NCBI GenBank assembly: GCA_951406725.2
Contig: OX597831.1
Span: 73,036,001-73,100,000, forward strand
Direction: 5' to 3'
Length of the DNA stretch: 64,000 nt
Source of the DNA: Octopus vulgaris
Lineage: Eukaryota
Below, piece by piece: positions 26,619-40,752 of this stretch. Position 1 is the first letter of the stretch. Each line of letters opens with the position of its first letter. A program made the translations under genes and the position numbers. The notes below the pieces were generated by a model that saw only the letters and a program-made list of their open reading frames with translations, did not search any database and was not told the DNA's origin.

Positions 26619-27096
26619 AGTTAACAAGAATTGTATTGGCATTTATACATTTAGGCAGGTTTAAAGGGGTGGTGGTGGGGGACTTTTTGGGGGGTAGGCA
26701 TAGCGCAAAAATATCATACTTGGGGGAGTGGTCAAGGAGTCAGTGGTAAATTAGATAAAAGAATAAATAAAAGAATAAAAAAATATATAGAAGAATAGAG
26801 TTTTAGGTAAATAAGGAGATTCTCACTTATACCTATACACATATGTATACATATATACACACACACACACACATACATACACACATGCATACACACACAC
26901 ACATATATACATACCCACATATATACATACATATATCTACATATACATATATATATATATACATATATACACACATACATGCATATACATATACACACAT
27001 ATATACACATACGTACGCGTACCTACAGATTCATGTCTACATATACACCAATAAATATATATACACACATACATATACACCTACATACAAATACAT

Positions 27097-27137
<41 letters not shown>

Positions 27138-27248
27138 CATACATACATACACCCATACATACATACATATATACACATACACACACCCACATGTATACAT
27201 ATACATACATATACGCGCATGCATACACACACACATACATACATACAC

Positions 27249-27298
<50 letters not shown>

Positions 27299-27945
27299 AT
27301 ATATATATGTGTATGTGTATGCATGCGCGTATATGTATGTATATGTATATATATATATATATGTATATATATGTATATATGTATATATATATGTGTATGT
27401 ATGTGTGTGTGTATGCATGCGCGTATATGTATGTATATGTATACGTGTGGGTGTGTGTATGTGTATATATGTATGTATGTATGGGTGTATGTATGTATGT
27501 ATATATATACGTGTATATATATATATATATATATATATATTGTATATATATATATATGTATGTATTTGTATGTAGGTGTATATGTATGTGTGTATATATA
27601 TTTATTGGTGTATATGTAGACATGAATCTGTAGGTACGCGTACGTATGTGTATATATGTGAATGTATGTAGATGTATGTATGTATGAATATAACGCGTAC
27701 GTGCATGTATATGTATGAGTGTACGAATGAGTGAGTGTGCGTGGTAATGAGTGTGCGTGCGTGAGTGAGTGCTTGTGTTCAAGTAGAAAGATAAATGGAC
27801 TTGCTGTCGTAGCCAAGATGCTTGTGACCAGCGGTCAAAGATAACAAAAGTAATAAATGAAGATAATAAAATTAAAATTAGGGAATGGGTTTGTATCTGT
27901 ATGTATATGTGTGTATGTGTAGGTATGTATAGGTACACATATGTG

Positions 27946-27979
<34 letters not shown>

Positions 27980-28493
27980 TGTGTATATGTATATATGTGT
28001 ATATAGGGACTTGTGTGTTATGTGTGTATGTGGATATGTGTGTGTATGTGTGTATGTGTGTGTATGTATATATATATATATTTTTTTTGTGTGTATATGT
28101 ATGTGTGGTCGTGTGTGTATATATACATGTGGGTGTGTGTATATGTATATGCATGTATGTGTGTATATATGTATATATGTATATGTAGATATATGTATGT
28201 ATATATGTGGGTATGTATATATGTGCATGTGTGTATGTATATGTGTGTGTGTGTGTGTATATATGTATACATATGTGTATAGGTATAAGTGAGAATCTCC
28301 TTATTTACCTAAAACTATTCTTCTATATATTTTTTTATTCTTTTATTTATTCTTTTATCTAATTTACCACTGACTCCTTGACCACTCTCCCAAGTATGAT
28401 ATTTTTGCGCTATGCCTACCCCCAAAAAGTCCCCCACCACCACCCCTTTAAACCTGCCTAAATGTATAAATGCCAATACAATTCTTGTTAACT

Positions 28494-28544
28494 AGCTTCC
28501 TGAAGATTTCTCTTGAATGAAACAGTTCTAGTCCTGTAGAAGCT
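28494..28544 (+). ncRNA. Type I hammerhead motif (canonical CUGAAGA core, GUA triplet)
   Basis: AGCTTC-CTGAAGA-T TTC TCTT GAA T-GAAA-CAG TTCTAGTC CTG-TA-GAAGCT; helix II closes with a U-U mismatch. Confidence 0.7.
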
Positions 28545-28627
28545 CCTTCTATATAATAAATTAATTTTACTCTGCTATGTATTGAGTACCTTATTTACTG
28601 TGGTTAACCCCGAATCAACCCGGGACC

Positions 28628-28663
<36 letters not shown>

Positions 28664-28665
<2 letters not shown>

Positions 28666-29057
28666 AGCAGTATCGCCTGGCGTTGCTCGGGTTTGTTTCG
28701 ACCCTTTAGAATTGGAATTTTTGAAAAGTAAAAATGTTGCATTATGTAGCTTGTTATTCTCTCTTTAAGGGAACATTTTTCTGGTTGAAATACACCGAAA
28801 AATGGCGACACAGCAGTCAAAAAATTGTAAAAAATAGGGATTTTCATAGAAAAAAAAAGCACCTTTTTGATGTAAATAATTTTTGGTGTTAACATGGTCC
28901 GATTTGAATTTTTTCTTCTACTGAAGGAAGAGCAAGTTTTCTTCTATCATACTCTCAATTTTGGTCAACTTGCACCGCAGGGTCTCGGAGGAGATAGTGT
29001 TAGTTGAAGGCTACCAAACCTGCCATACACAGACAACTTCAGCTTTATATATATAGA
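28664..29057 (-). mobile_element. Non-autonomous Helitron, inverted, related 3' end
   Basis: Minus starts TCTATATATATAAAG and ends CCCGAGCAACGCCAGGCGATACTGCTTG. Confidence 0.75.
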
Positions 29058-31012
29058 TATATAAATAAATACATATATACCTTAATTGATCTGGGTTAAT
29101 TACAGTTTTAACCAATGTATACGATGCCTTTTTCATTTTTGAATGTACCAAAAATAAATTGTTCTACATCTAATGTGGTCCTAGATGGGAAACTAAGTGT
29201 TACAGGCTTGAGATGAACACAAGTCTGATAGGTACAATAATTGTTACTAAAAATAAAATATTGAAAACAAGCCAAAATATCAGAGACTTTTAGCAGAAAC
29301 TTAGGAAAACTTGTTAACGATCGGTTAGTAGTTATGTGGGGAGATGACACCATCTCATTATACTTTCTTCTTCAACAAACATAGAGCCACTCCTGATGGA
29401 TGTCTTATATTATTTAATGACTGTTCTCTACGTTCTGAGATCAAATTCCTCCAAGGCTAACTTTGCCTTTTATCCTTTCGGGGTTGATAAATTAAGTACC
29501 AGTCAAGTACTGGGGTCGATCTAATCGACTGCCCTCCTCCCCACTCCCCAATAATTTCAGCCTTAACCCTAACCCTTGTGCCTAGAGTAGAAAAGATTAT
29601 TTAATGATTATTTAAGAAACAAAGAAATAGTTTTCTAGATTTCCAGCTTGTAAAAGGCAGCAAGCTGGCAGAATTATTGGCGTGCTGAACAAAATATTTT
29701 GTAGCATTTTACCCGTCTATGTTTCAAGTTCAAATTCCGCCAAGGTCGACTTTGTGTTTCATCCTTCTGAAGTCAAGAAAATACCTACCAGTTGTGCATT
29801 CACGACCCCTAAGCTGCTGACCTTGAGCCAAAATCTAAAACCAATATGTGTAACTTGAGAAACACAGCAAACTGGCAGAACTGTTAGTATGCCAGGCAAA
29901 ATGCTCAGTGGCATTTGGTCCATCTTAACACTCCGAGTTCAAATGCAGCCAGGGTTGACTTTGCCTTTCATGCTTTCTAGGTTGATAAAATACATACCAG
30001 TTGTGCACTGGGGTCAATGTAATTGACCTCTCCCTCCCCTAAAATTGCTGGCCTTGTGTCAAAATTCAAAGCCAATATTTTAAACTTGAAAACAGTTTTT
30101 AAATTTTCCACGTGAAGAAGGACCTCAGTAATTTCTAGATTTTGTCATTTTCTTATTTATTTGATCCCGTATGTGGTATGTGCCTGTCGTGAAGTCAAAA
30201 AGATTTGAGACTCGGGCTGATACAGACAAACAAAACTTGATATTGTTTTGAGACAGACAGACAGACAAGGAGACTATACATGGCAAGTGGTTGTTAAAGA
30301 ACAATGGTTTTGTGAAACAATATCAAAGGAATAATAAGTTATGTGTTTGGTATTCATTTTTGTTGTCATAGTAATCTTTATCAAAGGAGTGGGGGGGGGG
30401 GGAGATCATTGTTATTCACAAAATAACTACGACATAATCCACTTGTTATCTCTATCGATCTATTTACTTATCTATCCTCTCCCACCTTCCACCACACCAA
30501 CCACTTAAGAGAGATTCCTTTCTGGTGTTATGCCAAACTAAGAAATCATTATGATTACTAAAAGCTGGCCGAGCTGGCAAAATTGTTAGCGTACTGACCA
30601 AAATGCTGATTGGCATTCCTTCCAGTTCTTTACACTCTGAGTTCAAATTCTACTACGGTCGACTCTGCCTTTTATCCTTTCGGAGTTGATAAAATAAGTA
30701 CCAGTTGAATACTGGGGTTGACGTAATGAATTTGCTCCCTTCTTTATAATTGCTGGATTGACTGAATTGTATAATATTAGAAAAAAATACCTGCCAGTAT
30801 TAATTCTAGCTCTTTACATTTCGAGTTCAAATCCTACCAAGATTAACTTTGCCTTTCACCCAACTGGGGTTAATGTGATAAAATAACAGCCAACTGCTAG
30901 GGTGTTGTAATCAACCATGCTCCCCACTCCCCACCTCAAATATAGGGCCCTATGTGCCCATCACTGAAGATTAATTAGACATTAATTGAAGGATTTTTTC
31001 AATATTAATTGA

Positions 31013-31397
31013 TGGAAGCACTCCATCGGTTACAACGATGAGGGTTCCGGTTGATCCGAATCAACAGAACAGCCTGCTCGTGAAATTAACATGTAAGTGG
31101 CTGAGCACTCCACAGACACGTGCACCCTTAACGTAGTTCTCGGGGATATTCAGCGTGACACAGAGAGTGACAAGGCCAGCCCCTTGAAATACAGGTACAA
31201 CAGAAACAGGAAGTAAGAGTGAGAGAAAGTTGTGGTGAAAGAGTACAGCAGGGATCACCACCATCCCCTGCCGGAGCCTCGTGGAGCTTTTTAGGTGTTT
31301 TCGCTCAATAAACACTCACAACGCCTGGTCTGGGAATTGAAACCGCGATCCTATGACCGCGAGTCCGCTGCCCTAACCACTGGGCCATTGCGCCTCC
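31013..31397 (-). mobile_element. tRNA-derived SINE (family C head, long body)
   Basis: Reverse complement of GGAGGCGCAATGGCCCAGTGGTTAGGGCAGCGGACTC...; body shared with 25675-25800. Confidence 0.75.
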
Positions 31398-31943
31398 ACA
31401 ATATTAATTAACCCTTCAACATTCAGCCATATTCTGTCATATTCTGTAATTCTTATTCATTCACATTCATCACCATCATCATCATCGTCTTTAACATCCA
31501 CTTTCCATGCTGGCATGGGTTGGATGGTTTGACTGAGGGTTGGCAAGCCAGGAGGCTGTACCGGGCTTTCTACAGCTGGATGTCCTTCCTAACACCAACC
31601 ACTCCGAGAATGTAGTGGGTGCCAACCATTATGTCGTCCAGATCACTCTGTAAAAATTCAGACTACATCTCTGGTCAGCGAATAGCTTATGATATTTTCA
31701 TGAGCTGCTTCTTTGGGGTTTATTTCTCCCTTTGCTATATTCTTGTTAAAATGTTAGAGACTACAAAAAAAAAAAAAAAAATGAACGTGGGGGGGGGATG
31801 CTTCCCAACAATGTGATTCTGGGTTCAGTCCCACTGCGTGGCACCTTGGACAAGTGTCTTCTACTATAACCCTGGCCAACCAATGCCTTGCGAACGAATT
31901 TGGTAGACAGAAACTGCATGAAAGCTCATCTTGTGTAAATATG

Positions 31944-32104
31944 CAGGAGTGGCTGTGTGGTAAGTAGCTTGCTAACCAACCACATGGTTCCGGGTTCAAT
32001 CCCACTGCATCGCATCTTGGGCAAGTGTCTTCTGCTATAGCCCCGGGCCGACCAATGCCTTGTGAGTGGATTTGGTAGACGGAAACTGAAAGACGCCTGT
32101 CGTA

Positions 32105-32145
<41 letters not shown>

Positions 32146-32350
32146 TTGAGTGTCTGTGTTTGTCCCCCAACATCACTTGACAACCGATGCTGGTGTGTTT
32201 ACGTCCCCGTTACTTAGCGGTTCGGCAAAAGAGACCGATAGAATAAGTACTGGGCTTACAAAGAATAAATCCCAGGGTCGATTTGCTCGACTAAAGGCGG
32301 TGCTCCAGCATGGCCGCAGTCAAATGACTGAAACAAGTAAAAGAGTAAAA
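31944..32350 (+). mobile_element. SINE family A
   Basis: Full-length match to 16052-16498 and 49114-49515. Confidence 0.88.
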
Positions 32351-33116
32351 GAGAGAGAGAGAGAGTATATATATTGGTCGATGCCAGTCCCCCCAGCCCC
32401 GACTGTCTCCTGTGCCAGTGGCATGTAAAAAGCACCATCCGAATGTGGTGGATGCTAGCACCACCTGACTGGCTCCCATGCTGGTGGCATATAAAAAGCA
32501 CCCACTACACTCTCAGAGTGGTTGGCATTAGGAAGGGCATCCAGTTGTAGAAACCTTGACAAATCAGATTAGAGCCTAGTGCAGCCTCTTGGCTTGCCAG
32601 TCCTCAGTCAAACCATCCTACTCATGCCAACATGGAAAGCGGACATTAAACGATGATGATATATATATATGTGTGTGTGTGTGTGTGTAAGTGGTGTTAC
32701 TTAGCAGTTTGGTAAAAGAGATCAATAAAATAAGTTCCAGACCTAAAATGGGGTCAATTTTCTTTAACTGAACCCATCAAGTGGTGCCCCTGCATGAATG
32801 CAGTTCAATGACTGAAACAAAGGTGGAAAAAAATTTAGGCTTTATAAGGCCAAGACGTAGGATACAATTTTAGGGCAATTTCACTGCTATTTCTAGGAAT
32901 TTGAGTTACTATATAGAGGCTCCCACATTAGCTTGCAGTTTTGAAGTGTTGAGTGATGACAGATGATGATGATGATGGGTGACAACAGATGGTGCAATGG
33001 AAGAACACACTGCCAATGTTAGCAGAGTTTGCAGACAACCCGATAACAGAGATTAGTCTATAAATTCTGTAGCAGAACAATTCAGCATCGCTCGTGACAA
33101 ACAATGGTAATACGGT

Positions 33117-33117
<1 letters not shown>

Positions 33118-33168
<51 letters not shown>
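33118..33168. repeat. (GCA)17 trinucleotide repeat
   Basis: Uninterrupted GCA run. Confidence 0.95.
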
Positions 33169-33170
<2 letters not shown>

Positions 33171-33406
33171 CATGTCTGTGACATCAACTGAAGAATGATT
33201 TAGTCACATCAATAACAATTGAAACTACTTTAACTGCTTCCCACTCTCCTCATCAGCCTAATTTTTTTAATTATTTATGTCTAGGGGGTGGGGGATGGGC
33301 GGGCTGTATGCATGAGTGAATATACATACACACACACACACACACATCTATATATTTATGTATGCATATACACATGTGTGTATGTGTATGTATATATATA
33401 TATATA

Positions 33407-34200
33407 GGCGCAGGAGTGGCTGTGTGGTAAGTAGCTTGTTTACCAACCACATAGTTCTGGGTTCAGTCCCATTGCGTGGCACCTTGGGCAAGTGTCTTCT
33501 ACTATAGCCTCGGGCCGACCAAAGCCTTGTGAGTGGATTTGGTAAACGGAAACTGAAAGAAGCCCGTCGTATATATGTATATATATATATGTATGTGTGT
33601 GTGTGTTTGTGTGTCTGTGTTTGTCCCCCCAACATCGCTTGACAACCGATGCTGGTGTGTTTACATCTCCGTCACTTAGCGGTTCGGCAAAACAGACCGA
33701 TAGAATAAGTACTGGGCTTACAAAGAGTAAGTGCCGGGGTCGAGTTGCTCGATTAAAGGCGGTGCTCCAGCATGGCCGCAGTCAAATGACTGAAACAAGT
33801 AAAAGAGTATATACACGCATAGTTGTATGTGTGTGTGGCAAGAAGCTAGGCACAGGCATGGCTGCGTGGTAAGAAGCTTGCTTCCCAACCACATTGTCCC
33901 GGGTTCAGTCCCACTGCAAGGCACCTTGGGCTGAACAAAGACTTGTAAGTGAATTTCATAGACGGAAACTGGAAGAAGCCCATTGTAATATATATATAAT
34001 TTATGTATATATTTGTTTGTGTACGTCTGTGTTTGTCCCCCCACCATTGCTTGACAACCGATGCTGGTGTGTTTATGTCCCCGTAACTTAGCGGTTTGGC
34101 AAAAAGAGAATGACAATAAGTACTAAGCTTACAAAGAATATGCAGTTTGACTAAAGCAGTGCTCCAGCATAGCCACAGTCAAATGACTGAAACATATAAA
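33407..34200 (+). mobile_element. Two tandem SINE family A copies
   Basis: Heads at ~33407 and ~33853, each ending CAAATGACTGAAACA. Confidence 0.85.
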
Positions 34201-34342
34201 AGAAGAAAAAAATAAAGACTATATATATATATATATATATAGTTAGTTAATCCAAACAAGAAAACACAAAAAACACAACAACGTGAGGACGTGGAACAAA
34301 TATAGTATTATTGGACGCTCAGGAAAGAAGGAAAGAAGGAGG

Positions 34343-34377
34343 GTTTAACGTTTCGAGCGGAGCTCTTCGTCGGAAAC
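34343..34377 (-). ncRNA. Minimal hammerhead motif, identical to 20048-20082
   Basis: Same 35-nt motif within the second copy of that element (34245-34380). Confidence 0.6.
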
Positions 34378-37300
34378 ATAATAGGTTAGCTGAGTTAGAG
34401 GTTAAAATAAGAGACAGAAGTATCGATTACACTACTGGTATATTAGTTATGCTTAACCATGGGCATACATATGCAAGCATATTATGCTCAAAAATTACAA
34501 AGGCAAAGATAAACATGAGTTTATCAAGAGTCAAAATTCAAAGAAGGCAGAAAATGGAGAAACATTGATGAACAACATTTGACTTACATCATCATCAAAA
34601 TCGTTGTTTAACGTCCGCTTTCCATGCTAGCAGGGGTTGGACGATTCGACTGAGGACTAGCGAACCAGATGGCTGCACCAGGCTCCAAACTTGATCTGGC
34701 AGACTTTCTACAGCTGGATGCCCTTCCTAACGCCAACCACTCCTAGAGTGTAGTGGGTGCATTTGCGTGCCACCGGCATGAGGGCCAGTCAGGTGGTGCT
34801 GGCAACGGCCACGCTCAAATGGTGCTTTTTACATGCCACCTGCACAGGAGCCAGTCCAGCGGCACTGGCAACGACCTGAATATTTATTTCTTTAAAACAA
34901 ATAGACTGCATCCCATCTAACAGCTGTTTCTGCTTCCAATGTTGTTTAGTATTCCCATTGATAGGCTAAATATCAGCTGTTAGATGGCATACATTCTATT
35001 TGTTTTGAATTAATAAATATTAATTGATGTAAGTCAATTGTTGTTCATTGATATTTCTCCATTTTATGCCTTCTTTCATATATATATATATATATATATT
35101 ACAAATTGAGATAGGGGTTGCAAGTGCAACCCACCATGGGATAACATATATCCAATATGCTGCTAGTGAAGTACCCAACAAAGTTAATACATAAATGCTA
35201 AGAATTGCGATGCAATTAATTCATTTACTGTATTATATGGGCAAAGGTAAAATGTTTTACCACTTTATGTACATTGTTTTGTTCTATATTATTATGTTTG
35301 ACCTTAATGTTCATATGTAGTGTTTTAATAAATAATGTGATTGGGTATTATCTGGTGGTTGATCATTGATTAAGATGTGTTTCTCCATTTTCTTATTTTG
35401 TAAATATATATACACACACAGGTGAGGAGTGCAAATGTGTGTGTATTAATGTTTGTTTTTCTGTTCAGTTAAAATAGAAATAATTTTATATTAATCCAAT
35501 GGGTTACTCTTTACTTTTGTAGCAGACAAATTTATTATTCTTAAATAAAAACTGTCCAATCCATGCCAGCATAGAAAACAGACATTAAATGATGATGATA
35601 ATGAGGAATATTATCGACAATAAACCTCAAAGTTTCAGTCAGTAGGTTTCAGTGGAGTGGTAATTAAGTTTTAGGGTAGATTGTTATGGAGAGGTGCTTT
35701 GGAGAAATTTTTATTGAATTTGGGGCTGTGTTATTCTTTAGAATTTACTCGTATATCTAGAATTTCGTAAGCAGGTGTGGATATTTAGTGGATTTTTGGT
35801 ATAGGTAAGTAGTTTTAGTTTTATTAATTTGTTTTGTTTTTTTATCTTTGTATGTTGGATATATAATTAACAAAGGAAGCAGGAAAGAAAGTATTCACAT
35901 GAGACTCCACGTTCTCAATCACAGCTCACATCTAATACAAAAGGAATTAATCACCTAAAATAATTGGTTTAGGGTTTCCTGTCTCTTAACCACAAGAAAT
36001 GTATCACTTACGCTTTCCATTTGGTCATGTGACACACAGCAGCTGACAAACTAATCTCTGTATCTCCATGTTACCAGCAACCTCTAACCTCTCCCTCCAC
36101 ATGTTTGATTATCACTATTTACATTTAGCAGCTCCTCCTTCCCTCCTTGTCATCTGCTTACACACACACACAATCATGACTGCATGTACAAACATGCACT
36201 CACAATCACAACTGCACATACATATACAGTGATACACCTGCATTTCATAAATAAGAATGCCTCTTCAAGGCAATCTAATTTGCTAGAAACAATAGTCAAG
36301 TCTTCCCCAATCTACATCCTACAGTTGAAAAAAAAATGTATTACACATTGGATAATTTTAATAATCCCAGACTAGCAATGCCTGAGAAAAGGATGAGATG
36401 GTCATAGTTGGATCATCGTTGATCTTAAGCCTCGTTAATCAGGATCTAAATGACAATACTAATTGATCGGTATCTATTTTTTTCTATCTAATACAATAAT
36501 CGCCAAAACAGATTTTTGAGAATGTCGTGAAAAATCACTACATACCTGTGTAGGTATGTTGAGATGATTAATTTCAAAACAGGTGTCAATATTGATACAA
36601 TTTCTTCCAAATTTATTCTTGGAAGATAGAGAAAATATTTGTCTTGGAAAATGTCACATCCATTTTTGTCACAGAAATCACATCAGGTGAATGAGAATGG
36701 TGACCACCGATATTGTTGTTCCAAAAACTTATTGACATTTTTCAGGAATTTGAAGGTCAGTGTGACTAAACACCACGAAGCTGTTGATGCTGCTTTGGAG
36801 AAATTCTAAGAAATCAACAGTTAATATCTCCAAGACAAAAAAAGTCGTTTTGTGCGATGTCACATACGACACTCTTTTTGGATCCTCTTTAAAAAGAAAT
36901 TCAACATAAGGGACACAGGTGTGGCTGTACGGTAAGAAGTTTGTTTCCCAAACACATGGTACCTGGTTCAGTCTTACTGCGTGGCACCAAGGGATAATGC
37001 CTTCTGCTATAGCATCGAACTGACTAAAGCCTTGCGAGTGGATTTGGTAGATGGAAACTGAAAGAAGCCTGTCGTGTGTGTGCATGTGTCTTTATCACTC
37101 ACCCCCCCACCCCAATTGCTTGACAACTGGTATTGGTTTACATCCCTGTAACTTAACAGTTTCACAAAACAGACCGATAGATAGAATAAGACTTAAAACT
37201 CAAAGCACGGGTTGATTTCTTCAACTACAACCCTTGAAGGTGGTGCCCCAGCATGGCCACATTGACTGAAACAAAAGTTAAAGGTTTGTGTTGTTGAAAA

Positions 37301-37929
37301 GGAAGGTTTTCTTTGCTGATCCTTTCGATTCCTAAAGCAAACCCACCTCTAGTATCAAAGGAATGGTAAGATTCCAATGGAGAGAAATTTTGCAAGATAT
37401 ATTAAGGTCTCAACTAATGATATCCTCTTTCAGCCTTTACAGGTTTCAGTCATTGGACAGCAGCCATGCAAGGGCATGCATAGCCTTGAAGGGTTTTAGC
37501 TGAACAAATTGGCACCAGCACATTTTCTTTTTAAAGTCTGATACTTATTCTATCAGTCTCTTTTGTCGAACCATTACATTACAGGGACACAAACAAACCA
37601 ACACCAGTTGTCAAGTGGTAGTGGGGTGACAAGCACAAAAACACATGCACACACATATATATAACAGGCTTCCACAGAGATTCTGTCATCCTATTTCACT
37701 CAAAATGCATTGGTTGGCCCGGGGCTAAAGTAGAAGACACTTGCCCAAGGTGCCACGCAGTGGGACTGAACTGAAAACTACAGGGTTGCTAAGCGAGCTC
37801 TTTACCTATACAGTCACTTATAAAATTAAAATATTATGGGACAGTTTTACCTCTAAAATGATATACTCAAAATAAAAACCCCAAATATTTCTGTACAATT
37901 ACTATCCTTATAATATGGAAGACATGGGA

Positions 37930-38600
37930 TGAGGTGGTGAAGCATTACCTTCGAACATTGCGCCTCACCAATGCAATGACTGAGACCTTTGGAGATATGC
38001 TGTGCTTGAGAAGACCTGACAAGCCAAGTGAGACCATAACCTGTGGCCTATGCCAGTGGGTGTAACCAGCCCACTTAGGAATACCCCTCATCATTGGACT
38101 ATAAACTTTACTTGCAAAGACCTATTGAGGCAAGTGAAATCAAAATCGCTGACGTGGCCAATGATGGTGCCGTCTGACTGGCACGTTAAAAGTACATCTG
38201 AGCATGATCATTGCCAGGGCCATGGATTGGCTCCCATGCCGGTGGCACGTAAAAAAGCACCGTTCGAGCATGATCGTTGCCAGCATCACCTTACTGGCAC
38301 ATGAAAAACAACATTCAAGTGTGGTCGTTGCCAGTGCCGCTGGACTGGCTCCCGTGCCGGTAGCATGTAAAAAACACCTTTTGAGTCTGGCCATTGCCAG
38401 TACCACCTGACTGGCCCTCGTGCTGGTGGCACATAAAAGCACCCACTTCACTCTCAGAGTGGTTGGCGTTAGGAAGGGCATCCAGCTGTAGAAACTTTGC
38501 CAGATCAGACTGAGCCTGATGCAGCCTTCTGGCTCACCAGTCCTCAGTCAAACCGTCCAACCCATGCCAGCATGGAAAGCGGAAGTTAAATGATGATGAT
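37930..38600 (+). mobile_element. Long retroposon family D copy
   Basis: Multiple internal subrepeats, conserved 3' segment and (GAT)n tail. Confidence 0.78.
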
Positions 38601-40504
38601 GAATCTTCGTAACATTGAAATATTGTAGAATATCTTGAGATTACAACTGATACACTTTTATCCTTCCTGTCAAGTAATGGAATCAAACAGACAATCTCTC
38701 TCTTGTTCTCTCTCTTTCTTCACTCCAAGATTTTTGGTTTCATGCCAAACATAAAAATCATTATTGGTGTTGTTCTATTCATGATTAATTTAGAGTAGAA
38801 GCAGCAATCCAGCAGAATCATTCCTGCACCATACAAAATGCTCAACAACATTCCTTCCAACGCTATGTCCTGAGTTCAAATACTTCTAAGGTTGATTTTG
38901 TCTTTCATTATATTTCAGGGTTGATAAAATGCATACCAGTGAAGCCTTATACCTATAGCATAAAAAGGCAGCAAGCTGCATAGCAATATTTCTTCTAGCT
39001 TTTTCCAAGTTCAAATCCTGCCAGGGTCACCTCTACCTTTCACTCTTTAGGGATCGATTAAAATAAAGTACTAGCCAAGTACTTCAGTCAGTGGTACTGA
39101 TAGACACCTACCCTTAAAAATTGCTAAGCTTTGTCATACGCTCCATCAGCCTCTGGGGAAATTCATTCACAAGACGGTCAACCCATCTTCCCTCCCAGGA
39201 TGGTGCAAATGAGTCAGAGGACAAGTGAAGACGTGGCTGGTGACGGTAATGGCAGACATCAAAAAACAATTGGGCTCCCCATGTCTATGGTCTTTGGCAA
39301 TGGAACCAGAAGTGGGTATCCACTACTACCTCGACTGCAGCTGACCACCAGACGTGGTCAGCATTCATATGGAACATGGTGGAGTCATTGGTCAGAGCTG
39401 GCTCAATCTACCCTGGGTGAATGCTGCTGCAAGTAGCAAGTAACTAATGGCTTGCTCTACAGGAGAGGACTCTTCCATTTATTGGATCAATGGAAACCCT
39501 TATCATCATAATTGACAGAGCAACAGTTCTTTAAATTGGTAAAGTCAGTAAGAACAAGTCTGTGCTGCTGCATGTCTAAGTGAGAGTGTGTGTGTGTGTG
39601 TGTGAGTGTGTGCGTGTGTGTGTGTGTCCCTCATCACCGCTTGACAACCATAACTTAACAGTTCAGCAAAAGAGACCAATAAAATAAGTACCAGGTCTTA
39701 AAAAATACAGAGGTCAATACTGGAGCACTGCCTTCAAGAACTTAGCTGAATGAATTCAGCTAAGTTCTCGAAGGCAGTGCTCCAGTCTAATGACTAAAAC
39801 AAGTAAATGATAAAAGTATATTTTCAAAATAGTGGCCGAGGCCTGGCTGTGTGGTTAAGAAGTTTGCTTTGCAACCGCATATTTCAAGTTCAATTTCGGT
39901 GGGCAGTACCTTTGGTAAGTGACTTCTATTATAGCTCTGGGCCAACCAATGTCATAGGAATGAAGATAGTTCACAGTAAAATTGTGTAGAAGCCCATCAG
40001 ATGTGTGTGTGTGTGTGTCCTCCACCACTACCTGACAACCTAGATGGGTTTGCTTACATCCCTGCAACTTAGCAGTTGAGCAAAAGAGACCAACAGAATA
40101 AGCACCAGACTTTAAGATAAGTACTGGGGATCAATTTGTTTAACTAATCCTGTAAAGGCAGTGCTCCAGTATGGCCAAAGCCTTATCACTGAAACAAGTC
40201 AGAAGGTAAAAGATAAATGAATTGAAACAGAGACGTGTATTTCAGCAGAAAGATGGTAAACCGCATCCCTTGGCATTGCCTTCCATCCTGAATACAGATT
40301 AAAATAATATGAAATGAAATTAAATGAAATTGGCATAAAAAAAGCTGGTCCTGACAGACCCAAACTGTGACAACAGCAACAAATTGTAACACATTCACTG
40401 TACAACCCAAAATGCTTTCTTTGTTGACATAACAGAACATATTTTGGAATCTACATGGCAACACTCTGCCAAAATAAGAATTTCTATCAACACTACTTTC
40501 AATC

Positions 40505-40701
40505 AATATTAGAAAAGTTCCTGGCTCTGGATAAAAGAAAATACTAAAGAAATCAGTTAATTATGATTTTATTCAACATACTCCCACACTTATTGCAGTG
40601 GTCCTTCAATTTTTCTAAGCCCTGTAAAAGAACTTGGAAGATTGGGCCTCCAGCCAGGCCTTTCACAATACTCTTAAAGCCAGGAATTTTTCAGCACACC
40701 C
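40505..40701. mobile_element. Possible mariner-type MITE remnant
   Basis: GAAAAGTTCCTGGCT near the left end and AGCCAGGAATTTTTC near the right end form imperfect TIRs. Confidence 0.4.
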
Positions 40702-40716
40702 ATCTCTCTCTCTCTC

Positions 40717-40752
<36 letters not shown>

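Larger units (their letters stand above)
26552..28630. mobile_element. Large nested Penelope-like fold-back in (TA)n
   Basis: Outer arms ~26552-26990 / ~28140-28560; inner arms include 27011-27060 / 27596-27645; unpaired tail 28561-28630. Confidence 0.75.

Noticed and set aside
26732-28292. Overlapping low-complexity ORFs
   Set aside because: Translations of the TA/TG-rich interior of the fold-back element.
29561-29578. CCCTAA telomere-like motif
   Set aside because: Only about two units inside a SINE remnant.
32928-33173. Poly-Ala ORF as an alternative first coding exon
   Set aside because: Ends in a stop with no convincing in-phase GT donor; explained by the GCA repeat.
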